From the IMG/VR virus record IMGVR_UViG_2868946205_000003: a stretch of DNA of 64,000 bases. One strand, given 5' to 3'. This document shows, in pieces, positions 9,410 to 19,159 of the stretch. Both the position numbers and the translations under genes were made by a program. Within the stretch, counting starts at the first letter, position 1. Every line of letters begins with the position of its first letter. The notes under the pieces were generated by a model that was given only the letters and a program-made list of their open reading frames with translations, did not search any database and had not been told where the DNA came from. Origin of the DNA: a virus (lineage: Duplodnaviria; Caudoviricetes).

Positions 9410-9860
9410 CCTTGACTAAAACATGAAAATAACTGCTATAACAATCAATTACATCGCCTTTTTTAACGCCATCATCATCAACCTCAAAGAGCTTTATTCT
9501 TATTTCATATGTTCCTGATTTGTGAAATTTGACGTCTTTGACATGCATAGATGATAAGAGTATCACTTGACTATCATCAATATAATTAACTTTCAGATTT
9601 TCATAGTGGCCATCTGAGTCACCTTCGTCGAGGCTGATAATTTTACCGTCCAGCAATATATCAATGAACGTGAAAATGCGGAGATCAACGGATATCATTA
9701 ATCCTACTGTTACAACGACGGTATGTTCACTGCCTTTTTCAATACCTGCAATCAACGGATCTGGAATGTACCCTTGTTCACTAGGCTCATCTGGTTGTAG
9801 AAGTGTAGGATAAGCAAAACATATTTTATTTATATCGTTCATGATTTTGTCTCGTTTCAT
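9399..9860 (-). CDS. Hypothetical beta-rich acidic protein, low GC
   Basis: 153-aa ORF directly downstream of cI, overlapping the next gene. Confidence 0.8.
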   Translation of the reverse strand: MKRDKIMNDINKICFAYPTLLQPDEPSEQGYIPDPLIAGIEKGSEHTVVVTVGLMISVDLRIFTFIDILLDGKIISLDEGDSDGHYENLKVNYIDDSQVILLSSMHVKDVKFHKSGTYEIRIKLFEVDDDGVKKGDVIDCYSSYFHVLVKDGE

Positions 9861-9886
9861 CCGTTATTGGGTTCGCTAGTTTTCTG

Positions 9887-10807
9887 TTATATCAACACCG
9901 AATACCAAAAAACCCGCCCGATAATCTCCAGTTCGGATTCGTAGGCTTCTTCATCGGCATCGCGGTTAAAACTGTGAATCACTACAATGCCACCCGGCTT
10001 GCGGTAAAGCTGTTTAATGCGCTTCAGCTTATCGTTGCCGCCACCTTCCTGAGCGATAGCGTAAATCTTACCGTCAACGATGCGCTTGTTATTGGTGTCT
10101 ACCGCGACAGTCGTACCATCAGGGATCATCGGCTCCATGCTGTCACCTGTCACGGGGAAGCAGAGAACACCGGAACCGTCGGTATTAGCGCCAACCTTGC
10201 GTAAGGTTGATTTGGAAAAGCGGAGCTTAAAGCCGTTGTAGTCGTCGTCCTGAATGCGCCCGTCGCCACAGGCAAACTCAATATCCCTAAGAAAAGGCAC
10301 TTCTACTTCATCCTCTGATAACGCAGTGTTGCTGTCCCAGGCTGCGACTGTGCCCCATTCTGATTTGGGGGGAATTGAAGATTCCCGCATGAGATCTAGG
10401 TACCCAATTGGCATTCCATAATCATGCTCAAGCCGCCTTGCGGCTTTTTCTCCGAAAGATGCTTTCCCATTAATTAATTGGGAAATATAGCTTTTTTCCT
10501 CTTCTGGGATCGTTCTCCCTGAAAACCATTCTTTGAGGCGAATGCGTCTGATTTCTTTCGTATCCTTAAAAGCATTTTGAAGAGAATCATCAGCCCGCAT
10601 CGGTTCTTCGCCGCTAGATAACCATTCTGGCCGGACATTAAGAACTTTTGATATTTCTAGCAATTTCCGAGGGTTCTGGGTCTTACCAGTGGTCATTTTC
10701 CATACGCTTGGCTGTTTAATGCCAATAGCTTCCGCAAGGGTTGGTTGATTAACCCCTGATTCCCGCATGGCTAAGTTCAGCCTGTCTGCAAAAGTCTCTT
10801 TTTTCAT
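9887..10807 (-). CDS. cI: CI repressor (two HTH-like domains plus S24 peptidase)
   Basis: N-terminal HTH, cleavage-loop ACGDG, GDSMEP catalytic Ser, IKQL Lys, IIGRV. Confidence 0.95.
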   Translation of the reverse strand: MKKETFADRLNLAMRESGVNQPTLAEAIGIKQPSVWKMTTGKTQNPRKLLEISKVLNVRPEWLSSGEEPMRADDSLQNAFKDTKEIRRIRLKEWFSGRTIPEEEKSYISQLINGKASFGEKAARRLEHDYGMPIGYLDLMRESSIPPKSEWGTVAAWDSNTALSEDEVEVPFLRDIEFACGDGRIQDDDYNGFKLRFSKSTLRKVGANTDGSGVLCFPVTGDSMEPMIPDGTTVAVDTNNKRIVDGKIYAIAQEGGGNDKLKRIKQLYRKPGGIVVIHSFNRDADEEAYESELEIIGRVFWYSVLI

Positions 10808-10814
10808 AGGTATA

Positions 10815-10885
10815 AAGTTATAGCTGTAGCTATTTTTAGTCAAATAGCTATGGTTATTTACTTTCTGAATAGCTTTGGTTATTCT
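10815..10885. promoter_or_regulatory. OR region: three operators, pRM and pR
   Basis: ATAGCTnnrGyTAT at 10820-10833, 10844-10857, 10869-10882; pRM TTGACT-17-TAACTT (minus; +1 at or next to the cI ATG, so probably leaderless); pR TTTACT-17-TATTCT. Confidence 0.88.
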
Positions 10886-10916
10886 TTATCGTGGATTAAA
10901 ACTAGAGGTTTTATTT

Positions 10917-11162
10917 ATGTCTACCAGAGCTATCTCCGAAGCCATTGAGCTTATCGGTAGCCAGCAGAAGTTAGCTACAGCCTGCGGCGTAAAGCAGCCC
11001 ACTGTTTGGGCGTGGCTGCATGGAAAGAAGAAGGTATCTGCTGAAAACGCCAAACGCATTGAAATTGCAACAAATGGCATTGTTCCAGCGTATCTGGTTC
11101 GCCCAGATCTGCCACATCTATTCCCGCACCCTGACCAGGTGCAGAGTTGGAAAAAACAGTAA
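10917..11162 (+). CDS. cro: Cro/YdaS-like repressor
   Basis: GSQQKLATACGVKQPTVWAW HTH and VRPDL; divergent from cI. Confidence 0.92.
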   Translation: MSTRAISEAIELIGSQQKLATACGVKQPTVWAWLHGKKKVSAENAKRIEIATNGIVPAYLVRPDLPHLFPHPDQVQSWKKQ

Positions 11163-11178
11163 CACCAAGGACTGACCA

Positions 11179-11535
11179 ATGACCACAATACGTCAACCTG
11201 CCGCACCAACGGCAGGGGCCGCGATCGCTTCTGGCGTTCGCAAGGAGTTGCTTTCCCGCAAGAAAGTGGGCAAGGCTGGCTTGCCGTTCCACGTTGTGCG
11301 GGAAGACCAGATCAAAACTCGCTGGACTGAAAGCGAAGCCGCCACCATCAAAAGTGTGGCTGGCGCTATGTCATCAAATCCCGCCGTTGAAACCAACACC
11401 GCCGCTATTCGTGGCTTTCTGGCTATGTTCGCTGAATCTCCAGACATGTTGGCGCATGTTCATGCCGAACTGAAGGCCGCAGGTCTGTCGATTCCCGACT
11501 GGTTACCGCCGTTGCCGGAAGGGGCTACGCGATGA
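11179..11535 (+). CDS. Hypothetical protein in the cII position
   Basis: Starts in the conserved AAGGACTGACCAATG motif; not recognisably CII. Confidence 0.75.
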   Translation: MTTIRQPAAPTAGAAIASGVRKELLSRKKVGKAGLPFHVVREDQIKTRWTESEAATIKSVAGAMSSNPAVETNTAAIRGFLAMFAESPDMLAHVHAELKAAGLSIPDWLPPLPEGATR

Positions 11536-11723
11536 ATCAAACGCAAGGTATCGAAATGATTGCCGACATCGTCGGTAAAAAACTTGATATAGCCGGGGAT
11601 GAAACTCGGCGTTTGGCAATCATAGGGGCTTTGTCCGGTATGGCGCAGGCATTTTATTCCCGCCAACAGCCTCCAGCAGAAATGCACACGGCAGGCGATC
11701 ATGACACATGTTCAGTCGCTTGA
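11532..11723 (+). CDS. Small hypothetical protein
   Basis: ATGA overlap with upstream gene. Confidence 0.6.
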   Translation: MNQTQGIEMIADIVGKKLDIAGDETRRLAIIGALSGMAQAFYSRQQPPAEMHTAGDHDTCSVA

Positions 11724-11874
11724 TCGGCGCTATCGAGATCAGCGCGGCGTGATTGTGCATGTCATAGGGTATGACCGCGCTAACAAGCAGGTGATTTTTA
11801 TGCGTTCTGGCTATGAGCATGAGTGCAGCCAGCCGCTGTGGAAATTTCAAAAATATTATACGGAGGTCAAATGA
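11701..11874 (+). CDS. DUF4222-like protein (57 aa)
   Basis: Not in ORF track; LDRRYRDQRGVIVHVIGYD...GYEHECSQPLWKF; ATGA overlap with the replication gene. Confidence 0.75.
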   Translation: MTHVQSLDRRYRDQRGVIVHVIGYDRANKQVIFMRSGYEHECSQPLWKFQKYYTEVK

Positions 11875-12797
11875 GCAGCAAGTTAACCGGCCACGTATGG
11901 GAAGCGTGTGCCGCCAATGGCATCAAAAATACAAAACTTCTGATCATGGTGCGTTTGGCTGATTACTCGAATGATGACGGTATCAGTTATCCCAGTGTGG
12001 AAACCATTGCCCGACAGTTAGGGGCAGGGGAAAGTACCATTCGTGGCGCAATAGCAGAGCTGGAAGAGGCGGGGTGGCTGTACCGAGAAGGGCGCCGTAA
12101 AGGTAACCGTAATTCTTCCAACCTGTACTACCTGAACGCTGAACGATTGGAAGAAGTTGCCTTACAGGAAATCGCCAAAGTTAAAGCAGCCAGACTGGCT
12201 AAACGGGTATCAAATCCTCACCCTCCAGAATCTGACGGTTCAAAATCTGACCCTCTGGAATCTGGAGGTTCAAACGGTTTTCACCCTCCAGAATCTGGCG
12301 ATAAAGCGTGTTTTGACCCTCCAGAATCTGGAGGCGATCCACAAGTAAATTCAACACATGATCCACAAGTAAATTCAAAACATGAATCACAAGGTATGCC
12401 CGCGCGAAAAATCGCGCTGAAATCACCGCTGGCTGAATTCGATTTTTCTGCTTTCCCGACATTGCCCAGCGAACAGGTCTGGGGGGATTACGTGAAGCAC
12501 CGCAAAGCCAAACGTGCCCCGATCACGCAAACCGTCGTGAATATTCTCGGCCAAGAGTTGACGAAAGCCGCTAACGCTGGTTGGACGGTTGATCAGGCGT
12601 TGGGTGAAGCGATGGCCGCAGGTTGGCAGGGGCTGAAGTTTGAATGGCTGGCGAATCGTAATCAGTCTGTGCGCGGTGTTGTACCGCTGAACAAGCAGGA
12701 AGCGCTTGAAGCCCGCAATGCGCAGGCGTTTGACGAGTGGCTACAGGAGGAAGCTCAGGCGTTGGAGAATCGGGGGGATATTGATGGTCGCTACTGA
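11871..12797 (+). CDS. Replication initiator (O-like, N-terminal winged HTH)
   Basis: RLADYSNDDGISYPSVETIARQ motif; internal iterons. Confidence 0.9.
   Translation: MSSKLTGHVWEACAANGIKNTKLLIMVRLADYSNDDGISYPSVETIARQLGAGESTIRGAIAELEEAGWLYREGRRKGNRNSSNLYYLNAERLEEVALQEIAKVKAARLAKRVSNPHPPESDGSKSDPLESGGSNGFHPPESGDKACFDPPESGGDPQVNSTHDPQVNSKHESQGMPARKIALKSPLAEFDFSAFPTLPSEQVWGDYVKHRKAKRAPITQTVVNILGQELTKAANAGWTVDQALGEAMAAGWQGLKFEWLANRNQSVRGVVPLNKQEALEARNAQAFDEWLQEEAQALENRGDIDGRY
12220..12378. repeat. Replication-origin iterons
   Basis: ACCCTCCAGAATCTG-like units at 12220, 12250, 12283, 12316, then GATCCACAAGTAAATTCAA twice (12336, 12360). Confidence 0.85.
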
Positions 12798-13602
12798 CGA
12801 ACGCACTGATTTAGCGGTGAAGCGCGAGTTTGCTGAGCTGCTGAAAGCGACACTGGCCGTGTACGGCAAGGATTCATCGAAAGCCGTGATCCGCCTGTAC
12901 TGGAATGCTGTCGGTTCATTCGACATCGGACTGATTCGGCAGGCGCTCAGCCAGTGGATCACCGATCCCGAGCAGGGGCGCTACGCACCAAAACCCGCCG
13001 ATATTATTCGCAACATCCAGCGTCTCACCGGCCGCCCGTCGTGGGTTAGCGCTAATGAGGCGTGGGCAATCGCGCTGCCTGCACAGGATGAGGCTAACAC
13101 GCTGATTTGGACAGCGGAGATCGCTCAGGCATGGCGTGTAGCTGAACCTATTTTCACTGATGGCGATCGCGTTGGGGCACGAATGGCGTTTATTGCTGCC
13201 TACGAACGCCTTGTTGCGACCGCTCAGTCTTCTGGCGTCTTGCCGCAGTGGACGGTTTCGGAAGGCTGGGACAAAGGGGCTGTGAAAGGTGCGGTAGAAC
13301 AGGCTGTTAACGCAGGGTTATTACCTGCACCGGATGCTACGCGATATTTATCCCCGCCTGCCAGCTTGCCCCCGCCAAAGGTGGACAGAGGAAAGCGGGA
13401 TGGGATGTTGGCAAAAATTCAGGCATTCGCCGGGATATTGCTGGATCAGAAAGAACAACGGGAGACACAGGAACGGCACGAAAGGGAGGAGCGAAGAGCA
13501 CTAGCAAACAAGGAGTTAGATAAGCGCTACCAAGATGAATTACGCCGTGCTGCTGACCACAGCACAACTGATGAAAACCAAGCAATAAGGGCTGACCAAT
13601 GA
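12784..13602 (+). CDS. Replication protein / helicase-loader-like
   Basis: Follows the initiator; [11 protein letters not shown] and [12 protein letters not shown] motifs. Confidence 0.75.
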   Translation: MVATDERTDLAVKREFAELLKATLAVYGKDSSKAVIRLYWNAVGSFDIGLIRQALSQWITDPEQGRYAPKPADIIRNIQRLTGRPSWVSANEAWAIALPAQDEANTLIWTAEIAQAWRVAEPIFTDGDRVGARMAFIAAYERLVATAQSSGVLPQWTVSEGWDKGAVKGAVEQAVNAGLLPAPDATRYLSPPASLPPPKVDRGKRDGMLAKIQAFAGILLDQKEQRETQERHEREERRALANKELDKRYQDELRRAADHSTTDENQAIRADQ

Positions 13603-14741
13603 GTATGACGTTTAAAAATGCACTGATTTATCGCCTGAATAGCGATGTGATGTTTGATGAGCTGGAAAAGAAACTGGCTCCGTTTGCGTTCACCCCATGC
13701 GGTAGCCAGGACAGAGCAAAAACGGGCTGGATATCGCCTATTTGTCCGCTGCTCGATGTGCTTTCTCACCAGGCTAACGGGCAGATCATGCTTACGTTGC
13801 AGCGCGAAGAAAAGATCCTGCCTGCACCCGTGATTGCGCGTGAGCTGGCCGCCAAAATCGACAGCATGGAAACCGTGCAGCGGCGCCGTCTGAAGAAAAC
13901 CGAGAAAGACGCGCTGAAGGATGAAGTTATCCAAACGCTCCTGCCGCGTGCGTTCAGTAAATACCATACCACCAAGATTTGGATTAACGCAGGGGCTGGG
14001 CTGATCATCGTTGATGCCGCCAGCGGCAAAAAAGCGGAAGATGCTCTGGCGCTGCTGCGTAAAACGCTTGGATCGCTGCCCGTTGTGCCGCTGATGCTGG
14101 AAACGCCCATTGAACTGACGCTGACCGAGTGGGTTCGCAACGGTAAAGCGCCGGCGGGTTTTGTTTTGCAGGAAGAGGCCGAGTTAAAAGCCGTGTTGGA
14201 AGAAGGCGGCATTCTGCGCAGCAAGCATCAGGATCTGACCAGTGATGAAATCACCAATCATATCGACGCAGGCAAACTGGTCACCAAGCTGGCGCTGGAA
14301 TGGCGCGAACGCATCAGTTTTGTGCTGGCCGATGATGGCAGCCTGAAAAAGCTGAAATTCTCCGACTCTTTACTCGAGCAGAATGACGATATCGATCGTG
14401 CAGATGAGGTCGCGCGTTTTGACGCCGATTTCGTGTTGCTGACAGGGGAATTGTCGGCGCTGATCCGTGAACTGGTGGCAGCGCTGAGTGGTGAAAATAA
14501 GCGTGGGGATGTGGTGGAAGCCACCGTTACTGGTAGCGAAGATTTGGATAAAGATCCGCTATACGACGACGCCGTGAAATTTCTCACTGGCAAATCGGAA
14601 GGGTCAATTTCTCAGCTACAGCGCCATTTCCGCATCGGCTACAACCGCGCAGCCAGGCTGATAGAAGCACTTGAGAATGACGGTGCCATTTCCACACCTG
14701 CGTATAACGGCATTCGGAAAGTGATCGGGGTGGTGGCATGA
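13599..14741 (+). CDS. rdgC: RdgC fused to a C-terminal FtsK-gamma domain
   Basis: [32 protein letters not shown]; C-terminal DPLYDDAV...[21 protein letters not shown]. Confidence 0.93.
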   Translation: MSMTFKNALIYRLNSDVMFDELEKKLAPFAFTPCGSQDRAKTGWISPICPLLDVLSHQANGQIMLTLQREEKILPAPVIARELAAKIDSMETVQRRRLKKTEKDALKDEVIQTLLPRAFSKYHTTKIWINAGAGLIIVDAASGKKAEDALALLRKTLGSLPVVPLMLETPIELTLTEWVRNGKAPAGFVLQEEAELKAVLEEGGILRSKHQDLTSDEITNHIDAGKLVTKLALEWRERISFVLADDGSLKKLKFSDSLLEQNDDIDRADEVARFDADFVLLTGELSALIRELVAALSGENKRGDVVEATVTGSEDLDKDPLYDDAVKFLTGKSEGSISQLQRHFRIGYNRAARLIEALENDGAISTPAYNGIRKVIGVVA

Positions 14742-15403
14742 TCGATTTCTCCGAAACCGAATATGTATCTTCCTTGTTGTGCCAGAAGTCAGAATCAGCA
14801 CACCTGCTGAGAGACGTCGGTGACCAATGGCGCACACCTGATCCGCTTTTCTGGGGCATCAATGCGATGTTTGGCCCGCTTGTTCTCGATCTGTTTACCG
14901 ATGGCGAAAATAGCAAATGTCCGGCGTTTTACACGGCAGAGGACAATGCGCTGGCGCAGGATTGGGCAGCGCGGTTAGCAGAATTAAACGGTGCCGCATT
15001 CGCTAACCCTCCGTACAGCACAGCGAAAATGCATGAGGGTGAATATATCACCGGCATGCGTCACATCATGGCCCACACAGCCAAAATGAGGGAGTGCGGC
15101 GGGCGCTATGTTTTCCTCATTAAGTCGGCCACGTCTGAAGTGTGGTGGCCGGAGCAGGCCGATCACGTTGCATTCATCCGTGGACGTATCGGCTTTGACG
15201 TCCCCACCTGGTTCAAGCCTAAAGACGATAAGCAAATTCCCAGCAGCGCAGGCTTTGGTGCGGCAATTGCCGTGTTTGATAAGGAATGGCGAGGTTCGGC
15301 TATCAGCTACATTCAACGGGAAAAACTGCTGGCGACGGGGGAAGCGTTTTTAGCGCAGATCCAGCGTGAGGCGGGGCGACTGATAAGTAGAGAGGCCGCA
15401 TGA
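14738..15403 (+). CDS. Phage N6-adenine DNA methyltransferase (Dam-type)
   Basis: DQWRTP, NPPYS and IRGRIGF motifs. Confidence 0.93.
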   Translation: MIDFSETEYVSSLLCQKSESAHLLRDVGDQWRTPDPLFWGINAMFGPLVLDLFTDGENSKCPAFYTAEDNALAQDWAARLAELNGAAFANPPYSTAKMHEGEYITGMRHIMAHTAKMRECGGRYVFLIKSATSEVWWPEQADHVAFIRGRIGFDVPTWFKPKDDKQIPSSAGFGAAIAVFDKEWRGSAISYIQREKLLATGEAFLAQIQREAGRLISREAA

Positions 15404-16047
15404 CAACAGCTATCCGCACCAAATCACCGAAAAAGCATAAAACCGAAGCACTGGGCGTTCTACTGCCTGGCGGCGGCATCAAATACTGTACCGATCATGA
15501 TCGTGACGTAATGAAAGGGGTGCCAATCGGCACCCCGATCTCGCTCACACCTATCGGCGACCGGCGCAATATCAAACACCACCGTAAATTCTGGGCGTTG
15601 CTGGATCTGGGGTTTTCGTATTGGGAACCAGAATGGGCATTTGTCAGCAGATCAGAGTCATGGATAGCCCAAGAGGTTGCCAAAGAGCTGGCGCAGGAAG
15701 CAGGTAATCTATCGCTCTATGAAAACGTGACGAAAGGCATTGCAGGGCGGGTATTAGAAAAAGTGGCCGCCCAGCGCCGCCAGCGCTTTGATCCTGAGGC
15801 AGTTAAAACCAAAGATGCCTACCTGAATCACGTCATGGTAAAAGCCGGATTCTATGACCTAGCTCCTAATCCTGATGGCGGTACGCTTAAACAGCGCTGG
15901 AGCATCGCATTCGTCAACATGGGGCAAGAGAAATTCGACAAGGTTTATCGTGGTGTATTTGGCGTGATCTGGAATGAGACGTTGAGCCAGTATTTTGCTG
16001 ATGAATATGAAATGGAAAACGCAGTTAGCCAACTGATGAGCTTTTGA
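15400..16047 (+). CDS. DUF1367-like nin-region protein
   Basis: RNIKHHRKFWALLDLGFSYWEP and SIAFVNMGQEKF. Confidence 0.85.
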   Translation: MTTAIRTKSPKKHKTEALGVLLPGGGIKYCTDHDRDVMKGVPIGTPISLTPIGDRRNIKHHRKFWALLDLGFSYWEPEWAFVSRSESWIAQEVAKELAQEAGNLSLYENVTKGIAGRVLEKVAAQRRQRFDPEAVKTKDAYLNHVMVKAGFYDLAPNPDGGTLKQRWSIAFVNMGQEKFDKVYRGVFGVIWNETLSQYFADEYEMENAVSQLMSF

Positions 16048-16049
16048 TT

Positions 16050-16358
16050 ATGATAAGAAAATCTCCTGCTTTCAGAAGCAAAGTGTTACGTGAGTCTGCC
16101 CGAGGGCAGGCTTGCACCTTGCAGATCCCTGGCATCTGTAACGGTAATCCCGAAACAACGGTATTGTGTCATCTTCCAAGTCCCACGCATGGTATGGGAT
16201 ATAAAGGCGATGACTTCTGGGCTGTATACGGCTGCTCATCTTGCCACGATGTGATTGATGGGCGCGTGCTGTATGACTGGCGGGCGGGGGAGAAAGAAGA
16301 AGTATTGCTTCAGGCGCTGTATTTGACATTCAGATGGACTGCCATGGTTAAAAATTAA
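16050..16358 (+). CDS. DUF1364-like zinc-binding putative nuclease
   Basis: ARGQACTLQIPGICNGNPETTVLCH, CSSCHDVID. Confidence 0.88.
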   Translation: MIRKSPAFRSKVLRESARGQACTLQIPGICNGNPETTVLCHLPSPTHGMGYKGDDFWAVYGCSSCHDVIDGRVLYDWRAGEKEEVLLQALYLTFRWTAMVKN

Positions 16359-16404
16359 TCTAAAGTTAAAGGTCTGATAATAATTTTCCATAAAGGAGAT
16401 CTAT

Positions 16405-17274
16405 ATGACAGGTTTCAATGGTGATGTTAAAAAATTTGTTAACGATGCAATGGATGAATACTGTAACCAGTGGAAAGTTAATTCAGAAGGGATTAAAAAA
16501 TGTGATGGATACAAGTGGATGTCAAGTTTTTTAAATGAAGCAAAGTTTGTTCTCGAAATTGGTTGTGGTGCCGGCTTGTCTACAAAACAGTTGCTTGCTG
16601 ATGGGCATAAAGTCATTTCTATTGATGAAAATCCTAAATGTCTTGAAACCGCTAAAGGTAATCTTGAAGATGCGGGATTTAAGGTGTTACTTGTTCTTCG
16701 TGGAAAAATAACAAAGGAAAGGTATAAAAAATCTAATGGAGCTATTGAGTATACAATAAAATATTTTAATGATTTTTTTGAGGTGATTAATGAAGATGAA
16801 TATGATGCTATACTAATTGAAAGTGATGTATGGGATTATTCACTTTTAAGCGAGTGGTTGAAACCCAAAGAAATAGATGCTGTGATTTGTTGGCTAATAG
16901 GTTCACATGGCGCCAGGTCATTCAATAAGATTCTAATAAATAACGGGAATCCTAAGTCAGGACATCATTATCGTATACTTACACAAAATAAAGTTTATGA
17001 ACTGGCTGATGCTATTTTAGGAAAAGATGGAATGCTACATATTGTAGACAGAGGTGCTTTGGTTAACGAGGATGAAGAGAAAAAAATTAGGCAATGTCAC
17101 GAAGAGCAAGCAAGTGTAACTTCGATGAAAATAACAACTATTGATAGCGTGTTATATCGTGAAAGTAATGAGGATGGTGCAATGAAAATGATCAATGAAG
17201 ACATATATACTAATAAAGTAAACCAAGTTGAAGGTGATACATATCTCATTTCTGTTCTCTCTAAGAAGGGTTGA
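16405..17274 (+). CDS. Class I SAM-dependent methyltransferase-like protein, AT-rich moron
   Basis: VLEIGCGAGLST motif I; AAGGAG RBS. Confidence 0.85.
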   Translation: MTGFNGDVKKFVNDAMDEYCNQWKVNSEGIKKCDGYKWMSSFLNEAKFVLEIGCGAGLSTKQLLADGHKVISIDENPKCLETAKGNLEDAGFKVLLVLRGKITKERYKKSNGAIEYTIKYFNDFFEVINEDEYDAILIESDVWDYSLLSEWLKPKEIDAVICWLIGSHGARSFNKILINNGNPKSGHHYRILTQNKVYELADAILGKDGMLHIVDRGALVNEDEEKKIRQCHEEQASVTSMKITTIDSVLYRESNEDGAMKMINEDIYTNKVNQVEGDTYLISVLSKKG

Positions 17275-17296
17275 GTAAAATAATCATATCAGATGT

Positions 17297-17480
17297 TTTC
17301 TGGCACTTCCTCGCGGCGGGTATGGTGGCCTGTGGATTGAGATGAAAGCTAAGGGCGGTAAGTTATCGACTCAGCAAGAGATTTGGATCAAAAAAAACCT
17401 CAGCCGTGGGGTATAAAACTCAGGTATGCTTTGGTTATGAACATGCTATCCGCAGCATAGCTAACTATTTTAATAAATAA
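17297..17480 (+). pseudogene. VRR-NUC nuclease remnant (3' half, frameshifted)
   Basis: FLALPRGGYGGLWIEMKAKGGKLSTQQEIWIKK, a shift at the A8 tract 17390-17397, then SAVGYKTQVCFGYEHAIRSIANYFNK*. Confidence 0.8.
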
Positions 17481-17494
17481 AATGGAATGTTTAT

Positions 17495-18259
17495 ATGAAA
17501 GAAAATAAAAATCTAATGTCTATCTGTTATGAGGGAACCTCTGGTTCTATAGATATAAGGACATGCTATATAGATGAAATTCTTTATTTTTCTTTAAAAG
17601 ATATTTTTATTGTATTAAACAAAGAGAATAGAGAGTTAGGGGAGGTTAACCCTACAAAGTTCATTCCTAATTTGATCAAAGGTCAAATAAATGATCTTGA
17701 TTCCGATGAATATAAAAATATTCCAGTTAATAATGGAAGATTCGATGAGGAAACAGAGGTTTTTGTCACTCAGCCAGGTCTGAATAGGATAATGGGTAAT
17801 GACAAATCTAAAGCGGGAAGGCGATTTCAACGTTGGCTTTATCATGAAGTAGTACCATCGTTAACCAAGCATGGAGTATACCCACCGCCAGTGACAGCTC
17901 AGGGGTCGGCGCTGACAAAAATGGCTGAAGTTGTTGTGCAAAATGCTATAGCTGTAGCGGAGCTTTTTAGACAGAATGATGAGCTGTCTAGAAAAGTGGA
18001 AAATGTAGATTCAAGGTTGTCTAAACTAGAAGGTAATTCTGACGAACCGCACATAATGACAGTAAGGAAATTTTTTGATAAGCAAGAATTATTTTTATCT
18101 GAGAAGACAGAGTTTGATATCGTACTTTGGTGTGAAAATTTAGCTTTAAGCTATGGGAAGTCACAAAGAAAATGTCCATCAGGGGATAGATTGAAGACCA
18201 AGTTTTATCAAATAATAATTGAAGAAGCTAAAGACTTGGTTGAAAAGGCACGGGGCTAA
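17495..18259 (+). CDS. BRO-N domain (antirepressor-like) protein, AT-rich
   Basis: FVTQPGLNRI...AGRRFQRWLYHEVVPSLTKHGVY. Confidence 0.88.
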   Translation: MKENKNLMSICYEGTSGSIDIRTCYIDEILYFSLKDIFIVLNKENRELGEVNPTKFIPNLIKGQINDLDSDEYKNIPVNNGRFDEETEVFVTQPGLNRIMGNDKSKAGRRFQRWLYHEVVPSLTKHGVYPPPVTAQGSALTKMAEVVVQNAIAVAELFRQNDELSRKVENVDSRLSKLEGNSDEPHIMTVRKFFDKQELFLSEKTEFDIVLWCENLALSYGKSQRKCPSGDRLKTKFYQIIIEEAKDLVEKARG

Positions 18260-18348
18260 TTTAGCCCACGTTGTAAATTGTAATATTGTTGCTCTCTGTA
18301 AACTAAATCATACAATCAGCCTGATGATATCATTTCAGGACTGACCAA

Positions 18349-19158
18349 ATGACCATAGCCATAGAACAACTTATCAAGATGCACGATCCGCATTGTATGA
18401 GTATTGAATCACTGAACATAGGGCGCGGGCAAGGCATTCTTTCCAAAGATCAGATCGTTGGCGCGTTTGCTACAGCTCAACATCGCCATTCCGTTGGCTT
18501 TGATTTGTTAATGACAAAATACCGCCACGATAGCCAGGCAGAACAGCGTATTCGAGATGCTATTTCTAACTGGGTAAAAACTCGAACTCACCTCATGCAC
18601 TCGGACTCTGCCTGTCAGTTGGCGCTAAGTATGGTGCTTGATCGCAATCTGCCCGCGCAAATCGATCATATCGCTGGGCTACTACGCAGATACGGCGCTA
18701 AAGCGGCGCAGTCGCGCAAGAATACCAATGCATTGCGTGCAGAGATAAAGCAGCTTGAAAGGCAGCGCTGTCGCGAAAAGGTGAGCCACGCCGATTACAT
18801 TAGCGCGGGGATCGAAATCACCGAACTTAACGAGCGAATAAGTCATGAACGTAAAGCGCTGCGGGAATGGTCGGATCTCCAGGCGGCACAATTAAATGTC
18901 TGCCCACGTTGTAGCGGAACAGGAAAAACGCAGCGCCCTGTCATTACCGTCTGTAACGAGTGTGGTGGTAATGGGCATATTGTGGCGACGTTCGAACATC
19001 TGCGTAAATCATTGGCTATCATAGGGGCTGTGATATCTGCTGGTGAATGGCCGAAATATTTGGATCTGGTTAAGAGTTGCATGCGCTGGTTGTATGTTGA
19101 AGAGTCTCAGGCGGTTAGCACCCTCAGCACTAAAATTTATGATGAAATGGAGGCATGA
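18349..19158 (+). CDS. Q-like late antitermination protein
   Basis: CPRCSGTG...CNECGGNG zinc motifs; upstream of the late promoter and lysis genes. Confidence 0.82.
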   Translation: MTIAIEQLIKMHDPHCMSIESLNIGRGQGILSKDQIVGAFATAQHRHSVGFDLLMTKYRHDSQAEQRIRDAISNWVKTRTHLMHSDSACQLALSMVLDRNLPAQIDHIAGLLRRYGAKAAQSRKNTNALRAEIKQLERQRCREKVSHADYISAGIEITELNERISHERKALREWSDLQAAQLNVCPRCSGTGKTQRPVITVCNECGGNGHIVATFEHLRKSLAIIGAVISAGEWPKYLDLVKSCMRWLYVEESQAVSTLSTKIYDEMEA

Positions 19159-19159
19159 C

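Noticed and set aside
14818-14830. GGTGACCAATGG partial match to the start motif
   Set aside because: No SD half, and it encodes the conserved DQW motif of the methyltransferase
18289-18316. Possible LexA box or promoter before Q
   Set aside because: The CTGT half-site has no matching ACAG half; TTGCTC-16-TACAAT is plausible but unsupported in AT-rich DNA
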